Source: Planctomycetota bacterium (GTDB lineage: Bacteria > Planctomycetota > SZUA-567 > H5-PLA8). Taken from it: a DNA stretch of 64,000 nucleotides. The stretch lies in contig JBBRPR010000007.1 of the NCBI GenBank assembly GCA_038227875.1, positions 96,001 to 160,000 on the forward strand, in the 5' to 3' direction. Below the pieces are notes generated by a model. That model did not search any database and was not told where the DNA came from. It saw only the letters and a program-made list of their open reading frames with translations. Numbering within the stretch: position 1 is the first letter of the stretch; each line of letters begins with the position of its first letter. Made by a program: the position numbers and the translations under genes. Of this stretch, positions 47,377 to 58,257 are shown in pieces.

Positions 47377-47379
47377 CGC

Positions 47380-48381
47380 ATGAATTTCGACCGCATGCTC
47401 TCGTTCTGGGGTCACCACGGCATCATGCTGTGCATCTGGTTGACGCTGACCTTGTCGCTAAACCTGATCAACGGCTTCTGCGGTCTTTTCTCACTGGGCC
47501 ATCAAGGTTTCTGGGCCATCGGCGCGTACGCCGCTGGCGCGACGATGGTCTACTTGCCACCGCATATCGGCGCGAGCTGGATCGGTTTTGTCTTGAGCTT
47601 CGGAACCGGCGCGCTGGCGGCTGCTGCGTTCGGATTTCTCGTCGGCCTGCCGTGCCTGCGACTCAAGGGCGACTACCTCGCCATCGCCACGCTCGGCTTC
47701 AGCGAGATTCTGCGCAACGTCATTCAGAATTCCCAGACGCTCGGCCGCTCGCTGGGACTGAGCGTTCCCAATGTCGTCCACGATCAATTCATCAACCTCG
47801 ATAACGCACGTCGCCTGGGCTACTACTTCTATCTCACGATCGCCGTCGTGCTGGTGCTGGGCACGCTGCTGATCCTGAGCAACTTGATCCGCTCGGCTCA
47901 CGGGCGTGCGATACAGGCCATTCGCGACGACGAACGCGCCGCAGAGCTCGTCGGCGTCAACCTCACGTACTACAAGATGATCGTCTTTATCATCGGCGCG
48001 GGTTTCGCTGGTCTGGCCGGCGCACTCTATGCCAATTACAACGGCCTCGTCACGCCAGACGACTTCAACTTCAACGCCGGCGTGCTGATGGTCGTAATGG
48101 TCGTGCTCGGCGGCATGGGGAGCTTTACCGGAACCATCCTGGCGACCACGATCCTCTACTTTCTTCCAGTGCTGCTCGCGATGTTTCTGCCCAACACGAA
48201 GGTGCCGATCTTCTGGGATCCGACGCAGGGCGGCGTGGTCTACCGCGAAGTCAAAGAACTCTGGCAGGCACTCTTCTCGCTGCTGCTGATCGCCGTCGTG
48301 CTGCTCCGTCCGCAAGGCATCATGGGCAGCTGGCGGTTCCGCAAAAAGCGCACGGCTCCGGTTTCCGGAGCGCCGTCATGA
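47380..48381 (+). CDS. livM: BCAA ABC permease
   Basis: SLGHQGF, LRLKGDYLAIATLGF, AIRDDE and LGGMGS. Confidence 0.93.
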   Translation: MNFDRMLSFWGHHGIMLCIWLTLTLSLNLINGFCGLFSLGHQGFWAIGAYAAGATMVYLPPHIGASWIGFVLSFGTGALAAAAFGFLVGLPCLRLKGDYLAIATLGFSEILRNVIQNSQTLGRSLGLSVPNVVHDQFINLDNARRLGYYFYLTIAVVLVLGTLLILSNLIRSAHGRAIQAIRDDERAAELVGVNLTYYKMIVFIIGAGFAGLAGALYANYNGLVTPDDFNFNAGVLMVVMVVLGGMGSFTGTILATTILYFLPVLLAMFLPNTKVPIFWDPTQGGVVYREVKELWQALFSLLLIAVVLLRPQGIMGSWRFRKKRTAPVSGAPS

Positions 48382-49193
48382 CCGAGTCTGCCGTCGCGTC
48401 CCCCACTCCATCGGCCAGCACGGAAGCGCCCATGCTGAACGTCACCGGTATCAGTAAGCGCTTCGGCGGCCTCACGGCCGTCGCGGACTTCTCCGTCAAG
48501 CTCGCACCCAACGAAATCATCGGCGTCATCGGCCCGAATGGTGCCGGCAAGACCACCGTCTTCAATTTGCTCACCGGCGTCTACACAATCGACAGCGGTT
48601 CGATCCTGCTCAACGGAATTAGCATCACCGGACAATCGCCAGACCGCGTCACCGCCTGCGGCATCGCGCGGACCTTCCAGAACATCCGTCTCTTCCGTGA
48701 AATGACGGTGCTCGAGAACGTGAAAGTCGGCTTCGAATCGCGTCGCTCCGCGAACCTGCTGAGCACGCTGGTGCGGCACTCCTCCTTCCGCAGCGAAGAG
48801 CGCGACATCGAAACCAAGGCGCTGGAACTGCTCGCGCTATTCGGCCTGGACGCAGTCGCCGACGACATCAGCCGTAATCTTCCTTACGGTCAGCAGCGCA
48901 AATTGGAGATCGCCCGCGCGCTGGCCTCCTCACCGCGCGTCCTGCTGCTCGACGAACCGGCCGCTGGCATGAACGAATCGGAATCCGAAGCGCTGCGCGA
49001 GCTGCTCACGAACGTCCGCCAGCGCTTCAACCTCTCGATGCTGGTGATCGAACACGACATGCCCTTCGTTATGGGCCTGGTGCAGCGCCTCATCGTTCTC
49101 GATCACGGCACGATCATCGCGCAAGGCACGCCGAAGGAAGTGCGCGAGAATCCCGCCGTGATCGAAGCGTATCTGGGCAAAGAGGACGCATGA
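48378..49193 (+). CDS. livG: BCAA ABC ATP-binding protein
   Basis: FGGLTAV, GPNGAGKTT, RTFQNIRLF, LDEPAAG and EAYLG. Confidence 0.95.
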   Translation: MTESAVASPTPSASTEAPMLNVTGISKRFGGLTAVADFSVKLAPNEIIGVIGPNGAGKTTVFNLLTGVYTIDSGSILLNGISITGQSPDRVTACGIARTFQNIRLFREMTVLENVKVGFESRRSANLLSTLVRHSSFRSEERDIETKALELLALFGLDAVADDISRNLPYGQQRKLEIARALASSPRVLLLDEPAAGMNESESEALRELLTNVRQRFNLSMLVIEHDMPFVMGLVQRLIVLDHGTIIAQGTPKEVRENPAVIEAYLGKEDA

Positions 49194-49930
49194 GCGACGC
49201 GCCAACAAACTCCCTCTCCAACGTGCTGCTGAAAGTCGACGCAATGGACGTCCACTACGGCGGCATCCACGCGGTGAAGAATATCTCGCTCGTCGCGAAG
49301 GCCGGAGAGCTCACCACGCTGATCGGCGCCAACGGAGCCGGAAAGACGACGACGCTGAAAGCAATCTGCGGACTGCTCAAGCCCTCGCGCGGCACCGTGG
49401 AGTTCGCCGGCCGCGACATCGCCGGCTCGCCGCCGAACATCAATGTGCAACGCGGCCTGGTTTTGTGTCCCGAAGGCCGCCACATTTTCCCAGACCTGAC
49501 AGTCGACGAGAACCTCGATCTGGGCGCGTACACGCGCCACGATCACGCCGAGATCCGCGCCGACGTGCGTAAAATGCACGATATGTTCCCCATCTTAAAG
49601 GAGCGTGCTTCACAATTGGCCGGCACGTTGTCGGGGGGTGAGCAGCAAATGCTGGCGATCGGACGCGCCTTGATGGCGCGTCCTAAGTTGTTGATGCTCG
49701 ATGAGCCGAGCTTGGGACTCGCGCCGCTGCTGGTCTCACGTATTTTCAGTGTGCTGAAAGACTTAAAGTCAGCGCACGTCACCATTCTACTCGTGGAGCA
49801 GAATGCGCGTCAGGCACTGGAAATTGCTGACCAGGCGTACGTTCTGGAAACAGGGCGCGTTGTGAAGACCGGCCCCGCCAAGCAATTGGCCAGCGATCCG
49901 CACATTATGCACGCCTACCTTGGCGGCTAA
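49190..49930 (+). CDS. livF: BCAA ABC ATP-binding protein
   Basis: GANGAGKTT, PEGR, LSGGEQQM, DEPSLGLAP and VEQN. Confidence 0.95.
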   Translation: MSDAPTNSLSNVLLKVDAMDVHYGGIHAVKNISLVAKAGELTTLIGANGAGKTTTLKAICGLLKPSRGTVEFAGRDIAGSPPNINVQRGLVLCPEGRHIFPDLTVDENLDLGAYTRHDHAEIRADVRKMHDMFPILKERASQLAGTLSGGEQQMLAIGRALMARPKLLMLDEPSLGLAPLLVSRIFSVLKDLKSAHVTILLVEQNARQALEIADQAYVLETGRVVKTGPAKQLASDPHIMHAYLGG

Positions 49931-50067
49931 TCCAAGTCCTTTAATTGCATATATTTATATCATGAATGAAGTTTGAGAAACGTCGCGCCTGCACGCGACA
50001 TTTCGGGCTTATCGGTTATCATCTGAAATTGTTAAGTTGTTTCGCACACGGCGCTTCGGTGGGCGTT

Positions 50068-50835
50068 ATGATCGGTCGAATCTTCACAGCGCTTCGTTCC
50101 TTTATCCGCGCGAACTTGATTGCGGGTCTGTTTGTCTCGGTTCCATTCACAATCACAATCGTATTTCTGATCTATGTCTGGTCGAAGGTAAACGGTCCGC
50201 TCTCCCAAATTTTCACCACGTTCAACCAAACACAGGAAGAGATGCCGTGGTCCAGCATTCTCTTCGCAATCAAGACTTCCGATTACTACAAACTGACCAT
50301 TCCCATCATCAGTCTGCTCTTGATCTTCATCGGCGTCCTGTTTCTGGGAATCATTGCGCGCAGCATCATCGGCCGCGTGCTCCTGGCGGGCATCGAGAAC
50401 ATCGTCGGCCACCTGCCCGTGATCGGGATGTTGTACTCCTCTTTGAAGCAGTTCGGCGAAGCGTTCATCGGGCCGGACGGCACCAATAAACTCAAGCGCG
50501 CGGTCGCGGTGCAATTTCCGTACAAAGGTGCGTGGACGATCGGTTTTGTAACCGGCACGGCCTCGGCGATCATGACCAAGTCGCCGGACGGACACGATCC
50601 GGCGAAGGGTGAACGACTGACGGTCATCGTGCTCACCACGCCGTTGCCGACGCAGGGCTTTCTGTTAATGGTCCCTGAAGAAGAAACGATTCCGTTGGAC
50701 ATGAGCGTTCAGGACGCGATTAAACTGGTCGTCTCGGGCGGCATTCTCAATCCGGGCGAAAGTCAGCGCCAGAAGAAGCACAACGACATCACGCAAATCA
50801 TTCGCAAGGCGACGTCCAAAGCCATGGATGCCTGA
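50068..50835 (+). CDS. DUF502 family membrane protein
   Basis: IAGL...P..IT, LP.IG.LYSS.KQ, IGFVTG, TTP.PT.G and VSGG. Confidence 0.85.
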   Translation: MIGRIFTALRSFIRANLIAGLFVSVPFTITIVFLIYVWSKVNGPLSQIFTTFNQTQEEMPWSSILFAIKTSDYYKLTIPIISLLLIFIGVLFLGIIARSIIGRVLLAGIENIVGHLPVIGMLYSSLKQFGEAFIGPDGTNKLKRAVAVQFPYKGAWTIGFVTGTASAIMTKSPDGHDPAKGERLTVIVLTTPLPTQGFLLMVPEEETIPLDMSVQDAIKLVVSGGILNPGESQRQKKHNDITQIIRKATSKAMDA

Positions 50836-50870
50836 GCATCCGTGCACTATGAAAAAAGAAGGAGGTTGCT

Positions 50871-52751
50871 GTGGAGGACTCTCTCTCAAAGATCGCGGCT
50901 TTTATTAACGCCAAGGACTCGCGCCTGGCGTGCGCCGCCGCAGTGGTGCTGACGGAACTGGCGCCACGCGACCCACAGCTCACCAAGCAGCTCGCCGCCG
51001 CGCTGGATCATGCCGACGGCGTGCGGCGTCCGTTCATCATTGAAGCACTCGGCCGTATCGGCACCGCCGAAGCCGCCGCAGCGCTTGTGCCGCTGATCAA
51101 ATCGGAAGGCCCTTCAAGCGACCTGGCGCTGCGCGCCATCGCGCACACCGGTTCGGCGGCACTCAAGCCGCTGCTGAAGCTCGTCGGCACCGTCCCGCCG
51201 GCCTTGCTGGAACGGATCGCCGAATGCGCCGGCCGCACCGGCAAGCCCGAAGCCTTCGCCGCGCTGCTGGGACACCTGCAGGGCGCCGACGTCGACATCT
51301 GCCGCGCCATCCGCAACGGTCTGCGCACCGCGATGACCAACTGCGATGCGGCGTTCAAAGAGCATCTCCGCAAGCAGCTCGAAAAATCGTTCAAGGAAGA
51401 AGCGCTAACCAAGCATCACCCGTCACTGATCGCGCTGATGAAGGTCGCCGGTGATCTGGGCGACATTTCGATGCAGAAGAACATCACCGATCGCATCCGC
51501 GACTCGTACCCGATGAACGTCCGCCGCGCGGCGCTGCAATCGCTGACGCTGCTCCATCTCAGCGGCGATCAGCGTGGACGGCTCGCGCCGCTGCTGCTGC
51601 CGCTGCTGCTCGACCGCGATATCTCGAACATCGCCGAACCGGCGCTGGAAGCCATCCGCCAGGGCCAGTTGAACAGCGATCATCAGGCGATCCTGCGCAA
51701 GATGCTCACCTCCACCGCGCACCGCATCCGTGAATTCGCGATGCAGCAACTGGCGGTGCTCGGTTCCGGGCGGACGATGACCGACCTGATCGCGTGCCTC
51801 GACAATCCCGACCGCGCCATCCGCGAAGAAGCGCTCAGCGCGCTCTCGCGTTCGGCCACCGCGTCGGGAGTCCTCGCCGAACGCCTGTTGAGCCTCGACG
51901 GCGGCGAAGCCGCGCTGGAGACGGCCAAAGCGCTGACGCCGCAGGCCGCGCACATCCCGAAGAAGCTCGCCGAAAGTCTCGCCGACAAATATGTCGCGCT
52001 GGCGATTCCCGAATCGCGCAAGAATCTCGATCTCGACGCGCTGCGCAAGTCCGACGAAGCGCGCCGCGCGATCCTGACCGTCTTCCGCGCCGGCACGTCA
52101 CCGGCGCTGGCCGAACGCGTTCTGGAAACGGCCCGCAAGCTCCGCTCCAAGGACGAACCACAGCGCGCCAGCGATCTGCTTAAGGCGATCCAGGGCGTTG
52201 CCGGCTGGAATGACGATCACCGCATCGAAGCGTCGCTCGCGGCGATCACCTATGGACCGAAGGACCTCGCGCGGTCCGTGCGCGTCAATGACTCGCATCT
52301 ACGCGCGCTGGAAGACGTGATCGGCTCCGGCCGCCGCAGCGCCAAGGACATGGCCAAGCTGATCCTGAAAGACTCCAGCCTGAGCAAACGGATGCTGCAT
52401 TACCTCGGCTTCCACTTCGTCGAGCGGATGCAGAACGAACGCCAGTTCGGTCAGATGTTGCTGGAAAACCTCGCCGCGGGCCGCACCGAAGAAGGCAAGC
52501 TGGCGAAAGAAAAGCTGATCATCGAAGGCCTGCTCAAAGACAAAGGCGGGAAGAACGGCATCCTGGAAGAGCGCGCGAAAGTGATGCTGGCGCCCGCCGA
52601 TCTGGCCGCGTCCGCCGCCGCAACCACCGCGCGTCCCCGCCCCCGCCCGGCCTCCCGCGCCAGCACCAAGCCGCACAAGAAAGTGGCCGCGAAGAAGCCG
52701 GATACGAAGAAGGGCAAAGGCGGGAGTTTGAAGTCGCGCGCGGCGAAGTAG
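50871..52751 (+). CDS. HEAT-repeat protein with Lys/Arg-rich tail
   Basis: AAGGAGG RBS, repeated ALGRIG / VRRAAL / IREEAL helices and a basic C-terminus. Confidence 0.85.
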   Translation: MEDSLSKIAAFINAKDSRLACAAAVVLTELAPRDPQLTKQLAAALDHADGVRRPFIIEALGRIGTAEAAAALVPLIKSEGPSSDLALRAIAHTGSAALKPLLKLVGTVPPALLERIAECAGRTGKPEAFAALLGHLQGADVDICRAIRNGLRTAMTNCDAAFKEHLRKQLEKSFKEEALTKHHPSLIALMKVAGDLGDISMQKNITDRIRDSYPMNVRRAALQSLTLLHLSGDQRGRLAPLLLPLLLDRDISNIAEPALEAIRQGQLNSDHQAILRKMLTSTAHRIREFAMQQLAVLGSGRTMTDLIACLDNPDRAIREEALSALSRSATASGVLAERLLSLDGGEAALETAKALTPQAAHIPKKLAESLADKYVALAIPESRKNLDLDALRKSDEARRAILTVFRAGTSPALAERVLETARKLRSKDEPQRASDLLKAIQGVAGWNDDHRIEASLAAITYGPKDLARSVRVNDSHLRALEDVIGSGRRSAKDMAKLILKDSSLSKRMLHYLGFHFVERMQNERQFGQMLLENLAAGRTEEGKLAKEKLIIEGLLKDKGGKNGILEERAKVMLAPADLAASAAATTARPRPRPASRASTKPHKKVAAKKPDTKKGKGGSLKSRAAK

Positions 52752-52754
52752 GGG

Positions 52755-52949
52755 CGAACGGATGGCATCGGGGATCGGGCATCTGGCATCTGGCATCGGT
52801 TAATGGGAGCGCTTGAAGCCAAGTCGCAAACTCTCAGCGCGTTGAGGACGGTTTAAAGAATTTTTCCAACGCGGAGGGGATCATGCTTCAACAACCGATC
52901 ACACCCTCTGACCGATGCCTGATGCCCAATCCCCGATCCCATCCGTTCG
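52755..52949. repeat. Heptamer family B element, second copy
   Basis: CGAACGGATGGCATCGGGGATCGGGCATCTGGCATCTGGCATCGGT with the inverted arm at 52911-52949. Spacer appears unrelated to the 14.7-kb copy. Confidence 0.85.
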
Positions 52950-53021
52950 TACGTTCGTATTTCACTTCCATTTCCATAGCGTAGAGTAGAGTGCGTACAA
53001 CGGCCGGAGGACACCCCTGCG

Positions 53022-55286
53022 ATGGTTGAAATCAACGACTTCATCAAACGCCTGAACGATCAGTCCGTCGAAGCCTTCAAAGGCCAGAAACGCATCCTCT
53101 CCTTCCAACAATACCTGGAACTCTTCTGCGCCAATCCCATGCGACTCGGGCGAAATGCCGCGCAGTACGTGCTGGATGTCTTCGATTTTTTCGGCACGGA
53201 CAAGGTCAACAGCATCGGCGGCAAAGCCACGCGCTGGAAACTCTTCGACGCGCCGTTCGACAACGGCCGCGACCCGCTGATGGGCCAGGAACAGCTCCAG
53301 TTCGAACTGCACCGCCATCTCGAACGCTTCGCCGCGACCGGCCGTGCCGACAAGCTGGTGCTGCTGCACGGCCCCAACGGCTCGGCCAAAAGCACGGCGC
53401 TCAATCTGCTCATCCGCGCGCTCGAACATTACTCGATGCTCGACGACGGCTCGCTCTTCCGATTCAACTGGATCTTCAGCGATCGCACCGAAGGCAAGGA
53501 TCACATCGGCTTTGGCCCCAACCGCAACGACCTGCCGCGCGAGACTCTGGCGTTCATCGACGAGGCGCAGATCTCCTGCAAACTCGGCAGCGAACTGCGC
53601 GAGCCGCCGATTTTTCTCGTGCCGGTCGAACACCGCGCCAAGCTGCTGGACGATCTGCTCGCTGGCGACACCGGCAACGCGCTGCGCACCGAACGACTGA
53701 AGGGCCAGTACCTGCGCGAAGGCATTCTCTCCGCCAAGAACAAACAGATTTTCGACGCGCTGATGAACGCCCACCGCGGCGACTGGACCAAGGTGATCCG
53801 CCACGTGCAGATCGAACGCTATTTCATCTCCAAGCGTTATCGCACCGGCGCCGCCGCGATTGAGCCACAGCAAGCCGTTGACGCCGGCGCGCGGCCGATG
53901 ACCTTCGAACACGGCGTCGCACTGCCGCCCGTGCTGCAGGGATTGCAGCTGGTCGAATTGATGGGCGAACTGATCGAAGCCAGCGGCGGGATCGTCGAGT
54001 ACTCCGATTTCCTCAAGCGTAACTTGGAGCTCAATAAGTACCTGCTGAGCACCGTGGAACGCGGCGAGGTCTCGCTGCCCGGCGCGGTGGCGGAACTCAA
54101 TTCGGTCATGCTCGGCACGTGCAACGAGAAACAGCTCTCTGCGTTTAAAGGCACGCCCGATTTCACCAGCTACAAAGGCCGCATCGAACTGATCCGTGCG
54201 CCGTACCTGCTGGAATGGAGCAAGGAAGTCGTCATCTACAACGCGTTCATCGCCGAAATCCGCCAGACGCGCCACGTTGCTCCGCACACCGCGGAAGTCC
54301 TGGCGCTCTGGGCGATCCTGACGCGACTGCGCCGTCCCGACCCGGGCAAGTACCCCAGCGAACTGGCCGGTGTCATCCGCCACTTAAGCCCGCTGGACAA
54401 GGCCAAGCTCTACGACAATGGCACGGTGCCCGACGGCCTGAGCACCGAAGAGAAGCGCCTGCTGCGCGCGTTCGTGCCGCAGCTGCGCGACGAACACCGC
54501 GACACGCTGGCGGAATTCGAAGGCTTCGTCTGCGCCGGCTACGAAGGCCGCCGCGGCGCGTCGGCCCGCGAGATGCAGTCGCTGATCGCCGAAGCGTCGT
54601 CAGATCCGGCGCGCAAGTTCCTCTCGCCGCTGGCCATCTTCAGCGCGATGGAACGGTTGCTGCGCGACAAGTCGGTCTACGATTTCCTCCGCCTGGAGGC
54701 CGACGAGGGCTACCACGATTGCGAAGCGTTCATCGAAGACGTGCGGGGCGAGTATTTCCGTCGCGTCTCGGTGGAAGTGTACGATTCGATGGGCCTGGTT
54801 GAGGAGACCGAATACGACCGGCGCGTCGACGACTATTTCAAGCATGTCCGCGCGTATGTCGCCGGCGAGAAAGTCCAGAACCCGCGCACGAACCAGTACG
54901 AGGACCCCAACGTCGGCATTCTCGAAGGCCTTGAGAAGCTGATGTCGTTACGCGAATCGCCTGACGCGTTCCGCCGCAACTTGATCACCAAGATCGCCGC
55001 GTACTCGCTGGAACACCCGAAGGAGAAGATCGACTACCACGAGATCTTCGCCGACCTGTTCAAGAATCTGCGCAACAGTTACTACAAGGAGAAGAGCAAG
55101 CCGTTGATTCAGCTCGCCCAGTACGTGCTGGTCTTCAACACCGACGACGCGAGCATGATTCCCGCCAGCGAGCGCCCGAAGGTAGAGCGTACGCTGAAGG
55201 TGATGCGTGAGAAATACAACTATTCCGATGACAGCGCCAAGGAAGCAATCAGCTTCGTGCTGCGCTCAATCCAGGAGAAAAGTTGA
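53022..55286 (+). CDS. prkA: PrkA/YeaG-family AAA+ protein
   Basis: LLHGPNGSAKST Walker A, GIVEYSDFLKR, GRIELIRAPY, HVAPH and EGRRGASARE. Confidence 0.85.
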   Translation: MVEINDFIKRLNDQSVEAFKGQKRILSFQQYLELFCANPMRLGRNAAQYVLDVFDFFGTDKVNSIGGKATRWKLFDAPFDNGRDPLMGQEQLQFELHRHLERFAATGRADKLVLLHGPNGSAKSTALNLLIRALEHYSMLDDGSLFRFNWIFSDRTEGKDHIGFGPNRNDLPRETLAFIDEAQISCKLGSELREPPIFLVPVEHRAKLLDDLLAGDTGNALRTERLKGQYLREGILSAKNKQIFDALMNAHRGDWTKVIRHVQIERYFISKRYRTGAAAIEPQQAVDAGARPMTFEHGVALPPVLQGLQLVELMGELIEASGGIVEYSDFLKRNLELNKYLLSTVERGEVSLPGAVAELNSVMLGTCNEKQLSAFKGTPDFTSYKGRIELIRAPYLLEWSKEVVIYNAFIAEIRQTRHVAPHTAEVLALWAILTRLRRPDPGKYPSELAGVIRHLSPLDKAKLYDNGTVPDGLSTEEKRLLRAFVPQLRDEHRDTLAEFEGFVCAGYEGRRGASAREMQSLIAEASSDPARKFLSPLAIFSAMERLLRDKSVYDFLRLEADEGYHDCEAFIEDVRGEYFRRVSVEVYDSMGLVEETEYDRRVDDYFKHVRAYVAGEKVQNPRTNQYEDPNVGILEGLEKLMSLRESPDAFRRNLITKIAAYSLEHPKEKIDYHEIFADLFKNLRNSYYKEKSKPLIQLAQYVLVFNTDDASMIPASERPKVERTLKVMREKYNYSDDSAKEAISFVLRSIQEKS

Positions 55287-55311
55287 GACTGCCCGAACGG
55301 ATGGCAGTCCG

Positions 55312-56076
55312 TCACTTCCAGTTCGCTTCGTAAATCTTCTTCTCCGCGTCGCGCGGCTTCTCGGCGACGTCCATGTAGGCGGAGTAGCCTTCCTTTTTAA
55401 AGAACGTGAAAAAATCGATCAGGCGCGTGACCTGCTTGCCGGCGCGGACGTCGTGGATGTTGTCGCGCGTTCGGGTGAGCGTGGAAATGCGCGACGGTGC
55501 GAGAATGCCACTGGCTGTCTCCTGGATCTCGAACGACTTTCCCTTGGGCGGGCGGCGGTCTTCGCCCACGACGTCAAAGCTGCGGATGCGGGCCTCGCCG
55601 GAGACGCAGGAGAGCACGCCGATGTAATCGCGGTGATCGTGAAACGGAATCGCGGCCAGCGGTTGCAATTGAAATTGAGCCGCGATCAACGGCAGCTTGT
55701 GGTGGACGTCGACCATGATCACCGGCTTGTCGCCCTTGAATTGTGCGTCGGGAATCGGCTTGAGTCGCGCAACTAGCGCCGCAAGTTGGAAGAGATAGGC
55801 CTCTTCGTTGGGTTTGGCGCTGGTGGCGATTTTCTCCGCCATCGGCAGCGCCTGCTTAATGAGTGTGTCCCACGCCAGATCGCCATTCTCCGGCTCGTTC
55901 GGCGGAGCCACGCCGTCTTCGGCCATCGCCAACTGCGGCCAGCCCAGGCACCACACCGCCAGCGCACCCAACGAGATGCGCAGTATGTCCCGACGCTCGA
56001 CGAGGACGCCGTCGGCGATCAATGCGCCTTCTCTTTCGTCATCTTCTTGTGGAGGAACTTGATGAAACCAACTCAT
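55312..56076 (-). CDS. Cupin, thiol-dioxygenase-like, with Tat-like signal
   Basis: ERRDILR, hydrophobic stretch and AMA cleavage site; IPFHDH...NIH metal triad. Confidence 0.7.
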   Translation of the reverse strand: MSWFHQVPPQEDDEREGALIADGVLVERRDILRISLGALAVWCLGWPQLAMAEDGVAPPNEPENGDLAWDTLIKQALPMAEKIATSAKPNEEAYLFQLAALVARLKPIPDAQFKGDKPVIMVDVHHKLPLIAAQFQLQPLAAIPFHDHRDYIGVLSCVSGEARIRSFDVVGEDRRPPKGKSFEIQETASGILAPSRISTLTRTRDNIHDVRAGKQVTRLIDFFTFFKKEGYSAYMDVAEKPRDAEKKIYEANWK

Positions 56077-56330
56077 GGCACTCTCTCAAAGTGTGATCTT
56101 TAGTTCTACAGCCAAAATACACCTGCGTTTGCTATATAGAGGTGCGAAAGCCTCCAGTTTTTTGCACGGGGGTTGTCAGGATTCGGACGCTTATTTTCAA
56201 AACTGAAAGCGCGATGGAATTGCAACTTTGCAAAGCATGAACACACAATACTTTGCGAATTCTTTCGAATGGCCTGAAGACTGCAGGAATGCCACTACAG
56301 AGAATCCAGCCACGTGAAAGGTACACACCG

Positions 56331-56798
56331 ATGAGCCATGTCTCCTGTAAGCCCCCCTTGATGCTGCACTGCCATTCCGCGCGCGAGATGATGTCACCCA
56401 ATCCGATCTCGATTCCTGCAGTCTCAACGATCAAACGCGCCGCCGAGTTTCTCGCGGATCATCACTTCGGTGCGGCACCGGTGATCGATACCGCCGGCAA
56501 AGCGATCGGCGTGATTAGCATGACTGATATCGCCCGACACGTGAAGAAACAGCAGCCCGCTTCATCCATCCACACAGAGTGCGGAAATGTAGCGACTGAG
56601 CTGCCGGCGGAATCCGAGGTGGAAGTTCAGGACGTCATGACTCCCATGGTTTTCTCGGTCACCCCAGATACTTCACCAAAGCAAGTGATTGATGCGATGC
56701 TGAATGAAAACGTACATCGCCTGTTTGTAGTGGATCACGCGGGGCTGCTGATTGGAGTGATCAGCACGTTCGATATTTTGCGTCACATGAAGTCCTAG
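56331..56798 (+). CDS. Stand-alone CBS-pair protein
   Basis: MMS...APVID...GVISMTDI and VQDVMT...HRLFVVD...GVISTFDI. Confidence 0.9.
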   Translation: MSHVSCKPPLMLHCHSAREMMSPNPISIPAVSTIKRAAEFLADHHFGAAPVIDTAGKAIGVISMTDIARHVKKQQPASSIHTECGNVATELPAESEVEVQDVMTPMVFSVTPDTSPKQVIDAMLNENVHRLFVVDHAGLLIGVISTFDILRHMKS

Positions 56799-57051
56799 GC
56801 GATTTCGATCTCGCAAATATCGATCGATACATGGTTTGTGTCTTTTCAAAATTGTGATCTCTCAATTCAAATTTTTGCACCATGAAGCGGATTATGGTAG
56901 TATATAAATTAGTGCACAATGCGCCAAGTCGGCGTAATTGTACTTAGTATAATGCTAACTTTTTCTAATTCCTGAAACATTTGTGTGCATGGTTAGTCTT
57001 AAAAAACACGTCTTTAATGAACAGGTGCGTTTCTTTGTTTTTGAGGTGCCT

Positions 57052-58257
57052 ATGTCCGTGAAAAATCTGAGCTTATTTCTATTGCCACTGACCTTCGTGG
57101 TCTGCGTGAGCGTTCATGCAGATCCGGCGGGCGAAGTCGAGAAACTCAAGAGTGAGGCGCTCGATATTCTGAAGGCCAACGCTCAGCGCCAAGCTTCGCC
57201 GGAACAATACGCCGATTGCATTTACAAGCTTGAGAAGGCTCAGCAGCTGCTCGATAAATCCAACGACAACGATAGCGCTCTGGCGCAGGAAGTCAGTTCA
57301 TCCCTCTTCTGGGCGCGAAAGTTTTCCGATGTTCACGTGATGGCGGCGCTCGACAAGCTTCATGGCGGCGCCAAAGAGCCGGCTCCGCCACCGACCCCCA
57401 TTAAGAAGGTAGAGAAAACGCCCGACGAGGCCACGCCTGAAGCGCCGTCAGCCATGGCCGAAGCCAAGAAGGCCTTCGACCACGCCCAATCGTTCGCGAT
57501 TTCGCACCAGTCCGACGACTACGCTGTGGCGCTCTGCTGGTTCAAAGTCGCCAACGACAATTCGGGCACCGATTACGCGCTTAAAGCGCTGGAACTCGCC
57601 CGCGCCGCCCAGTCCCGTTTTGCCTCAAAATCAGCTCCTGAAGCTCCGAAAGAAGTGCTGCCAGACACGCCGGAAATGAAACTCGTGACCGAAGCGGATG
57701 AGTTGGTGAAATCCGGCAAGTTCACCGAAGCGGTGGCGCTCTACAAAGCGTCAATCGACAAGAAGGAATCGATCATCGCTCACCGCAACATGGGCAAAGC
57801 GATGTTCGCGCGAGGCCAGCTGGCCAAGGACAAGCTACTGCCCGAGATGGAAGCCGCGGACAAGGCGTATCAGAGTGCATACAAGGCGGCGTTGGTCACC
57901 CATCACACCATGGGCGGGCGCAATTACGTGGTGCTGGACCGTAACAACGCAGGGCTTCAGGCTGCGGTTCAAAAATGCAACGAACTCTCGAAGCAGTCCT
58001 ACAAGATCGTGAACGACGACTACGATAAAGCACAGTTCGAATTCAAAGCCGTGCTGCGCATGACGCCCGATAATAAGGATCTGGAGGCTGATGGCCACAT
58101 CGGCCTGTGCCTGGCCGTCCGGGGAGATACCAACTATCGCTCGCTGGCTCGTCAGCACATCGTTAAGTTTCTGGCCAACTACAAGCCAGTGACCGATCTG
58201 GAGCGTTCGCTCTATGAGTACTGTAAGACGGAATTGGTCCGACTGAACAAAAACTAA
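57052..58257 (+). CDS. Secreted TPR-like helical protein
   Basis: GAGG RBS, signal ending VHA, GKFTEAVALYKASI...AHRNMG. Confidence 0.75.
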   Translation: MSVKNLSLFLLPLTFVVCVSVHADPAGEVEKLKSEALDILKANAQRQASPEQYADCIYKLEKAQQLLDKSNDNDSALAQEVSSSLFWARKFSDVHVMAALDKLHGGAKEPAPPPTPIKKVEKTPDEATPEAPSAMAEAKKAFDHAQSFAISHQSDDYAVALCWFKVANDNSGTDYALKALELARAAQSRFASKSAPEAPKEVLPDTPEMKLVTEADELVKSGKFTEAVALYKASIDKKESIIAHRNMGKAMFARGQLAKDKLLPEMEAADKAYQSAYKAALVTHHTMGGRNYVVLDRNNAGLQAAVQKCNELSKQSYKIVNDDYDKAQFEFKAVLRMTPDNKDLEADGHIGLCLAVRGDTNYRSLARQHIVKFLANYKPVTDLERSLYEYCKTELVRLNKN

